From a virus, in IMG/VR virus record IMGVR_UViG_3300009964_000015: a stretch of DNA of 39,487 nt. One strand, written 5' to 3'. Positions 14,317-24,338 of this stretch are shown here, one piece after another; the first letter of the stretch is position 1, and each line of letters starts with the position of its first letter. A model generated the notes under the pieces. That model made no database searches. It saw only the letters and a list, made by a program, of their open reading frames with translations, and was not told the origin of the DNA. The position numbers and the translations under genes were made by a program.

Positions 14317-17300
14317 ATGGGAGTTACTCTCGACGAGCTCAAGGTTATGATTGACGCTGAAATCGCACCTTTCAAAAATAAAATGAAAGAAGTCGAAAAC
14401 AAGGTCAAAGATGCCTCTAACAAAGTACAGTCATCAACCGACAAAATCAAGGCGCAGTCTGGCTCAATGCTGGGTGTGTTTGGTAAGCTAGCCAAATTTG
14501 CAGGATTTGCGTACCTTGGCAAGAAGTTGCTTGATGTCGGCATGTACTCAACGCAGATGGCTCTTGAGGTTACAGCATCGATTAACCAAATCAAGCGTCA
14601 AATGGGCGAGAGCTCACAGACATTCTTAAAATGGGTAAATGATAACGCAAACGCTATGAACATGGGCGTTGGTGAAGCGACAAAATACGGGGCAGTGTAT
14701 TCAAACCTATTTTCTGGCTTTATCAAAGACTCAAACAAGTTGAGCGCATATACTGCTAAGATGCTTCAGACATCTGCAGTTGTAGCTGAAGGTTCAGGAC
14801 GTAGTATTACAGATGTTATGGAGCGTATTCGTTCTGGTTTGCTAGGGAACACGGAAGCGATTGAAGATCTAGGAATCAACGTCAATGTGGCCATGATTCA
14901 GTCCACGGAAGCATTCAAACGCTTTGCAAATGGCCAAAGTTGGGACCAACTCGACTATCAAACCCAGCAACAAATCCGTTTAATGGCGATTTTGGAGCAA
15001 GCGACGGCTAAGTATGGTACAACCCTGTCACAGTCCGTCAACGGACGCATTAGCTTGTTTAAATCATTGCTTAAGGATGCTGCCTTGAACGTAGGTAACG
15101 CATTCTTGCCGATTATCAATGCTATTATGCCAGTCTTGAATTCATTTGCTATGGTATTGAAGAATGTGACAGCTAAACTCGCTGAGTTTATCGCCTTAAT
15201 GTTCAACAAGAAAGCGACAGTTAAGGACGGTGTGGCCGGCGCAGTCGGAGACATGAACGGAGCCTTACAAGATGCTTCATCTGGCGCAGGCGACCTCGCA
15301 GATGCTATGGGTGATGCAGACGATGCTTCGGGCGGGCTAGCTGACAACCTTGGGGATTCTGCCAAAAATGCGAAGAAAGCAGCCAAAGAATTGCTTGGTC
15401 TAGCCGGATTTGACGAAATCACGCTTTTAAACAAGAAAGATGATTCTGACGACGGAGGCTCTGGCGGTTCAGGCGGTGGCGGTGGCAAAGGCAAAGGTAA
15501 AAAAGGTAAAGGCGGTAGCGGGCCTTTCAAAGACATCTTGCCAGAAATAGCCTTGACTGACATGGACAACCAGTTCAAGAGTATCTTTGACGGTCTTGGA
15601 GATAAGCTGAAAGGACTAACAGATCTCTTCAGCAAGGGTTTCACTGCTGCGTTCAGAGCTGAAGGTTTAGAACGTATCAAAATTGGTCTTGGTCAAATCA
15701 AGACTACGCTTGAAGAAATTGCAACTGATCCACGAGTGGTCAATGCTTTTAATGGCATGACCGAGAAAATCGCTTACGCACTAGGGCAGATTGCAGGTTC
15801 TATCGGTACGGTCGGAGTTGGCATTGGTGTCTTTCTTGCCGAAAGCATAGCAAACGGTCTAGGGCGCCAAAAAGAGCGTATTATTCGTTCTCTAGTGGCT
15901 CAATTTGAGAATACGGGCAATATGTTTACCTCAGCTGGAAACATCGCTCAGGCGTTTGCAGATGGCTTTTATGACGTCATAACATCGACTGGCGCTGTTC
16001 GTATCGGAAGTTCGATTGTGTCTGCTGTTTTAGCTATTCAAGCTGGCATCGTGGAGATTGGTTTCAAACTCGGCGGTGACCTACTAAAAGGCATTGAGGG
16101 AATTGTCACAGATAATATGCCTAGCGTTGCTGAGGCTTTTTCAAATGCATTGTCTGCAATTGCTCCAATTTTCGAGAGCGCAGAAAAAGCAATCAATGAC
16201 TTGTCAGACTCAATCAGTCGTGTGTATGATAATTACATTCGCCCATCGATTGAATCATCAACGAAAGCTATATCAGGCATTATTGGTTTGTTTGTAAACG
16301 GGTGGAACAATCACATCCAACCCGTTATAGAGAAACTCGGTCAAGGTTTTTCGGATACAATTGGCAAACACATTTCTCCATTTATTCAAAAAATTTTGGA
16401 GATGGTCGCAAGTTTCCAAGAAATGTCACAAGTCATCACTGCCTACGTTGCACCAGTAATTGGTTTTATCGTTGAGGAATTGACGAGAGTTCTAGCTCCA
16501 ACTCTTGAATATATCGGAGAAGTCTTTCGTGTATTATTCAACACGGTTGCTGATATATTCGGAGGCATAGCGGACTTTGTTAAGGGTGTATATGACATCA
16601 TCACTGGCATTCTCACAAGTGATATGGATAAGATTTTTGATGGTTTCACCGAAACGGGCGATGCTATCATGAACATCTTATCAGCACTTCTCACAGCTTT
16701 GTTAGATTTAACAGTAGCAGTTTTGAAAGTTATCTGGGATACGATTGTAGCAATCTTCCAAGCGATTTGGGACGGTATCGTTGCCATCTTCACACCGATT
16801 GGCGAATGGTTTGCAGCGCGTTGGATTGATATCACGGTTGCTTTAGCGAATGTCGCAGTTTGGATTGGGAACATGTTTCAAAAGGCGTGGGACGCCCTAA
16901 CAAATGTATTCTCTTCAATCGGCACCTGGTTTGGTGAGCGTTGGAACGATGTAACGACTGCGCTTGCTAATGTTGCTACGTGGTTTGGTAACATCTTCAG
17001 TAGCGCATACGAAGCAGTCACGAACGCTTTCAGCTCGATTGGGAGCTTCTTCTCAGGAGTTTGGGAAACAGTCAAGAACATCTTCGTGAACGCTGGTCAA
17101 ATGGTCGGTAGCGCAGTAGGTGGCGCATTCAAGAGCGCAGTCAATGCGGTTCTTGGCACGATTGAAAATGTAGTCAATGGTTTCATCGGAATGATTAACG
17201 GAGTTATTGGTTTAATTAACAAAATTCCGGGTGTATCTCTCGGTAGCGTTGGCTATGTAAGTCTACCTCGATTGGCTCGTGGTGGTATCGTCGATAGTCC

Positions 17301-17556
17301 GACAGTAGCTATGATTGGTGAAGCTGGTAAAGAGGTCGTCATGCCTCTTGAAAATACTGGTTTCTTGCAGACGATGGGACGCATCGTAGGCGGTGCTGTA
17401 GTCAATGCCTTGGGCGGTGGTTTACCACAATCTGGAGGCTTCAGCGGTAGTGGTGACATCGTCATCATGATTGGCGGTAATGAGTTCGGTCGTGTGGCCA
17501 TCCAAGAAATCAATCGAGAACAAGAACGTGCAGGACAAGTCTTGCTTAACATTTAA
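14317..17556 (+). CDS. Tape measure protein
   Basis: 1079 aa, with a Gly/Lys-rich tract, periodic Trp/Phe repeats and a C-terminal LPRLARGGIV...MPLEN motif. Confidence 0.85.
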   Translation: MGVTLDELKVMIDAEIAPFKNKMKEVENKVKDASNKVQSSTDKIKAQSGSMLGVFGKLAKFAGFAYLGKKLLDVGMYSTQMALEVTASINQIKRQMGESSQTFLKWVNDNANAMNMGVGEATKYGAVYSNLFSGFIKDSNKLSAYTAKMLQTSAVVAEGSGRSITDVMERIRSGLLGNTEAIEDLGINVNVAMIQSTEAFKRFANGQSWDQLDYQTQQQIRLMAILEQATAKYGTTLSQSVNGRISLFKSLLKDAALNVGNAFLPIINAIMPVLNSFAMVLKNVTAKLAEFIALMFNKKATVKDGVAGAVGDMNGALQDASSGAGDLADAMGDADDASGGLADNLGDSAKNAKKAAKELLGLAGFDEITLLNKKDDSDDGGSGGSGGGGGKGKGKKGKGGSGPFKDILPEIALTDMDNQFKSIFDGLGDKLKGLTDLFSKGFTAAFRAEGLERIKIGLGQIKTTLEEIATDPRVVNAFNGMTEKIAYALGQIAGSIGTVGVGIGVFLAESIANGLGRQKERIIRSLVAQFENTGNMFTSAGNIAQAFADGFYDVITSTGAVRIGSSIVSAVLAIQAGIVEIGFKLGGDLLKGIEGIVTDNMPSVAEAFSNALSAIAPIFESAEKAINDLSDSISRVYDNYIRPSIESSTKAISGIIGLFVNGWNNHIQPVIEKLGQGFSDTIGKHISPFIQKILEMVASFQEMSQVITAYVAPVIGFIVEELTRVLAPTLEYIGEVFRVLFNTVADIFGGIADFVKGVYDIITGILTSDMDKIFDGFTETGDAIMNILSALLTALLDLTVAVLKVIWDTIVAIFQAIWDGIVAIFTPIGEWFAARWIDITVALANVAVWIGNMFQKAWDALTNVFSSIGTWFGERWNDVTTALANVATWFGNIFSSAYEAVTNAFSSIGSFFSGVWETVKNIFVNAGQMVGSAVGGAFKSAVNAVLGTIENVVNGFIGMINGVIGLINKIPGVSLGSVGYVSLPRLARGGIVDSPTVAMIGEAGKEVVMPLENTGFLQTMGRIVGGAVVNALGGGLPQSGGFSGSGDIVIMIGGNEFGRVAIQEINREQERAGQVLLNI
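16798..17085 (+). repeat. In-frame tandem 120-nt (40-aa) repeats inside the tape measure gene
   Basis: Repeat units are IGEWFAARWIDITVALANVAVWIGNMFQKAWDALTNVFSS, IGTWFGERWNDVTTALANVATWFGNIFSSAYEAVTNAFSS and the partial IGSFFSGVWETV.... Confidence 0.8.
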
Positions 17557-17567
17557 GGGGAGGTAAA

Positions 17568-17918
17568 ATGGCACGTTTAATTATCAATGGGCTGGCTGTT
17601 AAGCCTCCCAAATCTTTTCAAGTCGGTATCCAAGACATCGACGGAGATACCGGTCGTAATGCTAACGGAGACATGGTTCGTGACCGTATCACGACAAAGC
17701 GAAAATTAGATTGTGAATGGGGCATGCTGACTCAAGATGAAATGAGTCAGCTTTTAAATGCCGTATCGTCTGAATTTTTCACGGTCTCTTATCCAGATCC
17801 CATGGTTGGTCAAACAACTAAAACATTTTACGTTGGAGACAGAACGGCTCCAAGTTATTCGTTTACAAACGAGCTCAAGCCATGGTCGGGCGCTAAATTT
17901 AATCTGATAGAAAGGTAA
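17568..17918 (+). CDS. Small tail component in the position of the distal tail protein; function uncertain
   Basis: RBS GGGGAGG. 116 aa, between the tape measure and the tip protein. Confidence 0.5.
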   Translation: MARLIINGLAVKPPKSFQVGIQDIDGDTGRNANGDMVRDRITTKRKLDCEWGMLTQDEMSQLLNAVSSEFFTVSYPDPMVGQTTKTFYVGDRTAPSYSFTNELKPWSGAKFNLIER

Positions 17919-17929
17919 GGGGGTAGAAC

Positions 17930-20900
17930 ATGGATATATTCAGACGTAGGAAATTCGATGAAGCAATGTTTGCTAGGAACCGTACTCTTGCTATCAGAGT
18001 AGGACAGTATCAGTCAAGTGATATCAAAGAGGCTAGCTTTGATTATGGCTATATAAAGAGTGATGCTTACAAGCCGGGCGGAACATGCGCTGGCAGTGGT
18101 AAAATCATCTTTTCTAGCATCATTACCACTTTCAATAAACTAGATAAGATTTACCCTGAAATCGGTCTTTTGGTCGATGGAACCTATGAATGGGTCAAAA
18201 TGGGCGAATACTTCATCAATGATATTGAGATTGACCGGAACCGTAAAACGACCAAGCTCGACCTTATGGACGGGATGTTTAAGCTCAATCGTGAACACAT
18301 CACATCTCTGACCTATCCTGCTGAAATTAGACAAGTTATCAAAGAGATTTGTCTAAAAACGGGAGTCGAGCTAGCAAACGAGAACATGGATTTAACATCC
18401 ATGAATTACCAAATTGAGAAAATTCCCCCTGAGAAAAAAATGACATTCAGAGATGTTTTGAGCCTAGCATCTCAAATGCTTGGGATGTCTTGCTTTTTCA
18501 ATCGAGAAGGCAAACTCGAAATTAAGGAATTGACAGATTCGGGGATCACGATTACAGCAGATAGCTATTTCATGCATGGATTGACCAAGAGTGAAATCGA
18601 GTATCGAATTGCTGGGATAACCTGCAAGAAAGATAAAGAGACACTCACGGTTGGTCTGCGTACGGGTCGCTCGTTAGAACTTGAAAATCGGTTCATGTCT
18701 CAATCGATTTTGGATAATCTTTATCAAAACATCAAAGATATTCACTATCATCCATATAACTTGAATTATCAAGGGCATTTATTGCTAAATGTGGGTGAAT
18801 GGGTGACTATTAAGACAAATACGGGTGAGAGTTTCAAATCTCCAGTATTAAGCCAGTCATTCACATTCAAAGGTGGTCTGCGTGGTCGTATCAGCGCAGA
18901 TAGTAAAGCTGGGAATGATGCGCAGTATTCGTACGCAGGAACACTCACGAAGAAGATTGAACAATTCAACGAATTTGAGAAGCAACTTCAAAACCAATTT
19001 GAAGAGGCGGACAGAGGTCATGACCAAAAGGTCGAAAAACTCAAAAGCGACTTTGACGAGCAAATAAAACTAGCCAAGGCGAAAGCCGAAGAGGTCAAGC
19101 AAAGTCTAACAGAGACAATCGACCAACGTTTCAGAAATTTTGATAGCGCAGGTCTGCGTGAGGCTAAGCAAAAATCAGACGAAGCCTTAACGAAAGCGGG
19201 TGCTAGTGCCTTACTTGCTGAAGAAGCCAAGCGCATCAGTGAACAGGCGAAGGACGGGATTGAGAAAGCGAAAGAGTCGTTCAATGACTTATTTAAGGCA
19301 GAATCAGCTTTTACAAACAACCTGGATGAAAAACTTAAGAAGTTCAGACTTGACCACGCTGAGTTTCGTAGGTCTACTAAAGAAGATATCAAAGGTCTAA
19401 CTGAGTCGTTTACGAAATTAGGCTCTGATACGAAGAGCGATATTTTAGCGACCAGGACTGAGTTTCAAAAGACAGCAGAGGGTCTTACACAGCGATTTGA
19501 TAGCATTACTTCTCAACTCGATAATAAGGCTAACTTGCTCGATTTTCAGCGTGTGCAAGAGACTAGCAAACTCTATGAGCGAATCATCGGTAGTAGTGAG
19601 TCTGACATCGCTGAGAAGGTCGCTCGCATGACTCTGACTAATAGACTATTTCAAGTCGAAGTCGGCAAATATTCGGCAGTGGGCGGTCCGAATATGCTCC
19701 GAAATTCGAGAGCGGACGACGGTCTGAAATATTGGACAGAAGCGAATGGTCGTTTGAGTTTTACGTCTCACTCGTTCTATTTTAACGGTCAAAAGCGTAT
19801 GTTTGAATTGCGACCTGGCGCAGTAGTTAAAAGCCCACGGTTCATTGCCAAGCGAAATACTGATTATACTCTAAATATTTTGGCATTCGATAATAACTCA
19901 AAATATTTCAGAGTTTATTTCTGCAAGCGTGTAAAAGGTTCTGTTTCGGATTATCAGGAAAAGATACTGATTTTCAACGGTCAGCCTCGGTGGGTTGACG
20001 GAGCAGTATTCGATAATGGTAGCACAGTCAAAAAATCCGTTACATTCAATGTTGGTAATTTTGATGAGGGCTATCTGCAATTCGAATACGACCGGAACAA
20101 TCCTAATAAGTGGGGCGGTCTGTTCATGACAGAGCTTGATTTTTACGAGGGCACAACCGATCGCAAATGGCAGCCTGCTCCCGAAGATGCGACCTTGGAG
20201 ACAGACAAGACTCTTGAAGCGACTCAAACAAAAATGACTGAGCTCGCTGGTTCATGGGCCGTTCAGAACATCAACAACGCAGGCGATTTGGTTTCAGGTC
20301 TCAATCTTGGAGCTAATGGTCACAATCGACTTGACGGTAAATTGACTCATATCACTGGTGAAACCTTGATTGATAATGCAGTCATTAAATCCGCTATGAT
20401 AGACAAGCTTAAAACTGCCAATTTTGAAACCGGCTCAGTGACCACAGCTATTCTTGATGCCGAATCCGTAACAGCCGATAAATTGAGGGTTGACCAAGCA
20501 CTCTTCAACAAGTTGTTAGCCAATGAAGCGTACTTGAATCAGTTATTTTCAAAGCAAGCATTCATCAATCGTGTGCAGAGCGTAAGTATTGATGCAAGCC
20601 AAATCAGATCGGGAGTTCTGATGGGAGCAAGTATTACCTCGCTTGACGATTCAATGCGAATCGACACGAATAAAAAAGAATTTTACTTGAACAACAATAC
20701 ATTGTTTACATTTTTCGACCAAAAAGAAGGAATGCACTCGTTTATTGGAACTGGAAGTCGAGCAGTTAACGGCAGTGGTTCTGGAATTGTGATTGGAACA
20801 GGCTTAGACAGTGGATACACAAGTATGCTTAGAAATAACACTAGCAATCGTGATTTGTGGTCGGCAAGAGATGGAATGAGTAGTAGTCTTTTGATCGGGT

Positions 20901-21271
20901 CAAAGAAAAACGGAAACGGGCAAGCGTGGATTACAACGAATGGAGGTATTTATCTTTCAGCAAGCAAAAGAAAAAATGAAACAGGGGCGGAATTACGACT
21001 CGGAGATTTTTTAGGACGTCAGTTCGAAAATAAAGCGGTTCTAACTGCTGATGATGTACTCATCAACTCTAGTAATTCTAGGATTTATTCAAGCGAAAAA
21101 ATGGAAATTACTGGAGGAACTGGTTCGAGGTTGAAAACTAGTACTGTAACAACGGATAACTTGTATCTCAAAAATAAGGATTTAGTCGCTTATTTCAACA
21201 ATTTAGCTGATTTTGTTGTAAGAATCGCTCAAAATGCAGGATGGTCAAATGTAGGAAATTACAAAATTTAA
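17930..21271 (+). CDS. Tail tip/receptor-binding structural protein
   Basis: 1113 aa with an N-terminal baseplate-hub-like region, a long coiled coil (aa about 350-560) and a beta-rich CBM-like segment. Confidence 0.7.
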   Translation: MDIFRRRKFDEAMFARNRTLAIRVGQYQSSDIKEASFDYGYIKSDAYKPGGTCAGSGKIIFSSIITTFNKLDKIYPEIGLLVDGTYEWVKMGEYFINDIEIDRNRKTTKLDLMDGMFKLNREHITSLTYPAEIRQVIKEICLKTGVELANENMDLTSMNYQIEKIPPEKKMTFRDVLSLASQMLGMSCFFNREGKLEIKELTDSGITITADSYFMHGLTKSEIEYRIAGITCKKDKETLTVGLRTGRSLELENRFMSQSILDNLYQNIKDIHYHPYNLNYQGHLLLNVGEWVTIKTNTGESFKSPVLSQSFTFKGGLRGRISADSKAGNDAQYSYAGTLTKKIEQFNEFEKQLQNQFEEADRGHDQKVEKLKSDFDEQIKLAKAKAEEVKQSLTETIDQRFRNFDSAGLREAKQKSDEALTKAGASALLAEEAKRISEQAKDGIEKAKESFNDLFKAESAFTNNLDEKLKKFRLDHAEFRRSTKEDIKGLTESFTKLGSDTKSDILATRTEFQKTAEGLTQRFDSITSQLDNKANLLDFQRVQETSKLYERIIGSSESDIAEKVARMTLTNRLFQVEVGKYSAVGGPNMLRNSRADDGLKYWTEANGRLSFTSHSFYFNGQKRMFELRPGAVVKSPRFIAKRNTDYTLNILAFDNNSKYFRVYFCKRVKGSVSDYQEKILIFNGQPRWVDGAVFDNGSTVKKSVTFNVGNFDEGYLQFEYDRNNPNKWGGLFMTELDFYEGTTDRKWQPAPEDATLETDKTLEATQTKMTELAGSWAVQNINNAGDLVSGLNLGANGHNRLDGKLTHITGETLIDNAVIKSAMIDKLKTANFETGSVTTAILDAESVTADKLRVDQALFNKLLANEAYLNQLFSKQAFINRVQSVSIDASQIRSGVLMGASITSLDDSMRIDTNKKEFYLNNNTLFTFFDQKEGMHSFIGTGSRAVNGSGSGIVIGTGLDSGYTSMLRNNTSNRDLWSARDGMSSSLLIGSKKNGNGQAWITTNGGIYLSASKRKNETGAELRLGDFLGRQFENKAVLTADDVLINSSNSRIYSSEKMEITGGTGSRLKTSTVTTDNLYLKNKDLVAYFNNLADFVVRIAQNAGWSNVGNYKI

Positions 21272-21284
21272 AAAAGGATGAAAA

Positions 21285-21482
21285 ATGAACTCAACAGAAG
21301 AAAAAATTATAAGCGAATTATCGTTTCAAATCGCACAATTTAACTTTGAGAAAACGAAAGCTAAAATCTTGTATGATGAAGCAATTCAAGAACTAGGATT
21401 TTTGAAATCAGTCCTAGAATCAGACGAAGAACTCAAAGCGAAATTTGAAGAAGTGAAAGGAAAAATGACAAATGGCAATTAA
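21285..21482 (+). CDS. Hypothetical protein (65 aa)
   Basis: Packed ORF with an RBS. Confidence 0.5.
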   Translation: MNSTEEKIISELSFQIAQFNFEKTKAKILYDEAIQELGFLKSVLESDEELKAKFEEVKGKMTNGN

Positions 21483-22107
21483 CAATTATGAACTAGTGAA
21501 TAAACCTTACACAAGAGGTTTAGGAGATAGCACGGTCACAGTCGTTGAAATTCGTCTGTCTGAAGGCAATCGCTACAGTACGAACATGCGCGAACTTGCA
21601 GGAGACCGCACAACTGAGCAAGAGGACGTCTTGATTCAAGCCGTGCTAGATATTATCAAGGCTGAGCTAGATCCAGGGTCTGCCATCGTGAAGGCACAAG
21701 CTAAGCTTGAAGAGGCTGAGCATAAAATCGCTGAGAATGCAAACAAGCAAAATGAACTCTCTGAACTCGTTAAACAGACTCAAGAGAACGCTCGCTTGAA
21801 TGGTAAATTGCTTCATATCATGGTCTTGAACTCGGTCATGAGCAAGAATATTGCTTATGGCACGATTTACAAAGAGTTAGTTGAACTCATTCCACTTGCT
21901 GAGGTCGGCAAAACGTACATGGCTAACGACCTCATCACGATTGAGGATTCTAGCCATGTTGAAGTGAATGGCGAAGGCAAGCGTATCTTGATTCATCTGA
22001 ATAAGGAATTTACTTATAACGGTGAACCAGTCAGCGCATTTGCTACAAATGGCGCCCTTGAGCAAAACGGGACCGGTGTCGCTTGGAAATTTGAAGGGAA
22101 AGAATAG
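21472..22107 (+). CDS. Hypothetical protein (211 aa) preceding the lysis cassette
   Basis: Packed, co-oriented ORF. Confidence 0.55.
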   Translation: MAINNYELVNKPYTRGLGDSTVTVVEIRLSEGNRYSTNMRELAGDRTTEQEDVLIQAVLDIIKAELDPGSAIVKAQAKLEEAEHKIAENANKQNELSELVKQTQENARLNGKLLHIMVLNSVMSKNIAYGTIYKELVELIPLAEVGKTYMANDLITIEDSSHVEVNGEGKRILIHLNKEFTYNGEPVSAFATNGALEQNGTGVAWKFEGKE

Positions 22108-22109
22108 GG

Positions 22110-22397
22110 ATGCTTATGCCAGGATATGAACGACTAATTTTGCAAATCTTTCTTTCTCTAATTCCTGTTATTGGGCTTTATTTTTCGATGAAAGATAAGG
22201 CTACCAAGCAAGAGAACCGTCTTACGATTTTAGAGAAAGATATCGAAAATCTGAACGAATTCAAGACATCGGCTAATAAAAGGCTCGATAACCACGATGA
22301 ACAGAATAAGGCTATCTTAGTACTAGCTGAGCAAGTGAAATCGCTCGGTGAGGATGTAAGAGAGCTTAAAAGTTTGATTCAAAATAAACAACAATAA
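22110..22397 (+). CDS. Membrane protein of the lysis cassette (N-terminal TM segment plus coiled coil), holin-associated
   Basis: TM segment LILQIFLSLIPVIGLYF. Lies just before the holin. Confidence 0.5.
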   Translation: MLMPGYERLILQIFLSLIPVIGLYFSMKDKATKQENRLTILEKDIENLNEFKTSANKRLDNHDEQNKAILVLAEQVKSLGEDVRELKSLIQNKQQ

Positions 22398-22412
22398 AAG
22401 GAGAAACTCAAA

Positions 22413-22643
22413 ATGATTAACTGGAAATTGCGCTTGCAAAACAAAACAACACTCATTGCTCTTCTTGGAGCAATCTTCCTTATGGTTCAACAATTTGGCC
22501 TTGAAATCCCCAAAAATATCCAGGACGGTGTGAACACATTCGTTTACATCCTGGTATTGATTGGTGTCGTGAATGACCCAACCACAGCAGGGATTTCGGA
22601 CAGCAAACGGGCTCTTGACTATCAAGAACCAAGCGAAGATTAG
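22413..22643 (+). CDS. Holin (phi LC3-type)
   Basis: MINWKLRLQNKTTLIALLGAIFLMVQQ...VNDPTTAGISDSKRAL is the typical signature. 76 aa. Confidence 0.8.
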   Translation: MINWKLRLQNKTTLIALLGAIFLMVQQFGLEIPKNIQDGVNTFVYILVLIGVVNDPTTAGISDSKRALDYQEPSED

Positions 22644-22652
22644 GAGAAAACA

Positions 22653-23657
22653 ATGAAGAAAAACGACTTATTCATCGATGTATCTAGCCACAATGGATAC
22701 GATATTACAGGTATCTTGGCTGACATGGGTACACAGAATACTATTATCAAAGTTTCTGAAAGTACAAATTACCTAAACCCTTGCCTGTCTGCTCAAGTTG
22801 AGCAATCCACACCAGTTGGATTCTATCATTTTGCTTGGTTTGGTGGTGACATTGAAGAAGCTGAGCGAGAAGCACGTTACTTCCTTGATAATGTGCCCCA
22901 AAAAGTAAAATACTTGTGCCTCGACTACGAAGATCACGCAAGCGGAGATAAACAGGCAAATACAGATGCTTGTATTCGCTTCATGGAAATCCTCAAAGAA
23001 AATGGCTATGAGCCAATTTATTACAGCTACAAGCCATTCACGCTCAATAATATCTATTATGAGCAGATTCTTGCGAAATTCCCAAACAGCCTTTGGATTG
23101 CCGGGTATGGTTTAAACGATGGTAACGCTGACTTTGAATATTTCCCAAGTATGGACGGAATCCGTTGGTGGCAATATTCTTCAAATCCGTACGACAAAAA
23201 CATTGTTTTACTAGATGACGAAGAAGCTAAACCTAAATGGAAAAAGAATGATACCGGATGGTGGTATGAATATCCTGACGGATCTTACCCAAAAGACAAA
23301 TGGGAAAAGATTGATGGCATCTGGTATTGCTTCGACGAGAGAGGTTATTCAATAGCTTCTCGCTGGTTGAAGGATGATAGTAAGTGGTATTATCTCAAAG
23401 AAAATGGCGCAATGGCCATTGGTTGGGTGCTTGTGAATGGCAAATGGTACTATCTTGATGCTTCAGGAGCGATGGTCACTGGTTGGGTTCAATACAAGGA
23501 CAAACTATACCATCTCAAAGAAGAAAATGGCGAAATGTCTTCAAAAGAACTTGTCAAAGTCGAAGGAGGCTGGTACTACGTCAACGAAGATGGCAGCCGT
23601 TCAGACAAACCAGCATTTGATGTATTACCTGATGGACTAATTGTTACTACAAAATAA
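22653..23657 (+). CDS. Endolysin: GH25 lysozyme with C-terminal choline-binding repeats (Cpl-1-like)
   Basis: KKNDLFIDVSSHNGYDITGIL...YLNPCLSAQVEQS...SLWIAGYG...IRWWQYSS is closely similar to Cpl-1 as I recall it. Followed by GW-/WYY-type repeats. Confidence 0.9.
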   Translation: MKKNDLFIDVSSHNGYDITGILADMGTQNTIIKVSESTNYLNPCLSAQVEQSTPVGFYHFAWFGGDIEEAEREARYFLDNVPQKVKYLCLDYEDHASGDKQANTDACIRFMEILKENGYEPIYYSYKPFTLNNIYYEQILAKFPNSLWIAGYGLNDGNADFEYFPSMDGIRWWQYSSNPYDKNIVLLDDEEAKPKWKKNDTGWWYEYPDGSYPKDKWEKIDGIWYCFDERGYSIASRWLKDDSKWYYLKENGAMAIGWVLVNGKWYYLDASGAMVTGWVQYKDKLYHLKEENGEMSSKELVKVEGGWYYVNEDGSRSDKPAFDVLPDGLIVTTK

Positions 23658-23708
23658 TTTTTTTAAAAATAGAAAGGAAATTTTCTAAAATATTGTTCTA
23701 ATTATTTT

Positions 23709-23736
23709 AACCGCAGGCTCAGGCTTGCGGTTTTTT
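23709..23736 (+). terminator. Intrinsic terminator after the lysin gene
   Basis: Stem AACCGCAGGC/GCTTGCGGTT (one G.T), loop TCAG, then T6. Confidence 0.7.
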
Positions 23737-23867
23737 GTTTGCTCTGGAAAGGTTGAATTTAAAATCCAAGCTATTTCTCCGAAAATACTTTCAAAATTAA
23801 AAAAAGTAATGATTTTCTTCACTACTTTTTTAATTTTCTACGAATAGATAAGTAGGAGGAAGAAAAT

Positions 23868-24131
23868 ATGAACATTTTGAAGATTGAACTTGCGAGCATA
23901 GAGCAGACAGATTTAGGTTTTGAGCATTGGGTGGATGTGACTTACACTGTGCCAATTTTGAAAAATGAATACACGGTCAAGCTGTTGCTATTCATGGAAT
24001 GCAAGATAGAGGATCAAGAGGTTATCGAATACCTGGTATCGACTTGGAAGTATCGCGATCTCGTGCTGCACTCGGTGCGGATGTATGAGATGGAGAGAGA
24101 AGGGGGCAAAAAAGGGGCAAAAATGTCGTAA
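23868..24131 (+). CDS. Hypothetical moron-position protein (87 aa)
   Basis: Strong RBS GTAGGAGGAAG. The gene stands alone between the lysin terminator and attP. Confidence 0.55.
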   Translation: MNILKIELASIEQTDLGFEHWVDVTYTVPILKNEYTVKLLLFMECKIEDQEVIEYLVSTWKYRDLVLHSVRMYEMEREGGKKGAKMS

Positions 24132-24224
24132 AACTCTGTAAAACGATGTAAAAACATTTATTTAAAGGCTTAAATTATAGCTATTTCATAAAGTATTGTA
24201 AGATATAGTAAAACAATGTAATGG
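24127..24224. repeat. Six NGTAA(A/G/T)-type 8-mers in strict 10-bp phasing, candidate recombinase arm-type sites
   Basis: CGTAAAAC at 24127, TGTAAAAC at 24137, TGTAAAAA at 24147, TGTAAGAT at 24197, AGTAAAAC at 24207 and TGTAATGG at 24217. Confidence 0.6.
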
Positions 24225-24262
24225 TGTTTTTAAAAGTAGATGGATTCTAAAAACACAAAAAC

Positions 24263-24295
24263 AAACCCTTGAAATGACAATTGTTTCAAGGGTTT
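24263..24295. terminator. Bidirectional intrinsic terminator
   Basis: 12-bp stem AAACCCTTGAAA/TTTCAAGGGTTT with a 9-nt loop. An A-run lies 5' and a T-run 3', so it can serve ORF 23868 (+) and int (-). Confidence 0.7.
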
Positions 24296-24338
24296 TTGTT
24301 ATATCTAAAAATAGAAAAGGGGCAGACAAGGGGCAAAA

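Noticed and set aside
15445-15525. GGC/GGT/AAA-rich DNA tract as a possible slippage or phase-variation repeat.
   Set aside because: The tract is imperfect at the nucleotide level and encodes an in-frame Gly/Lys-rich linker typical of tape measure proteins. There is no homopolymer or perfect microsatellite.
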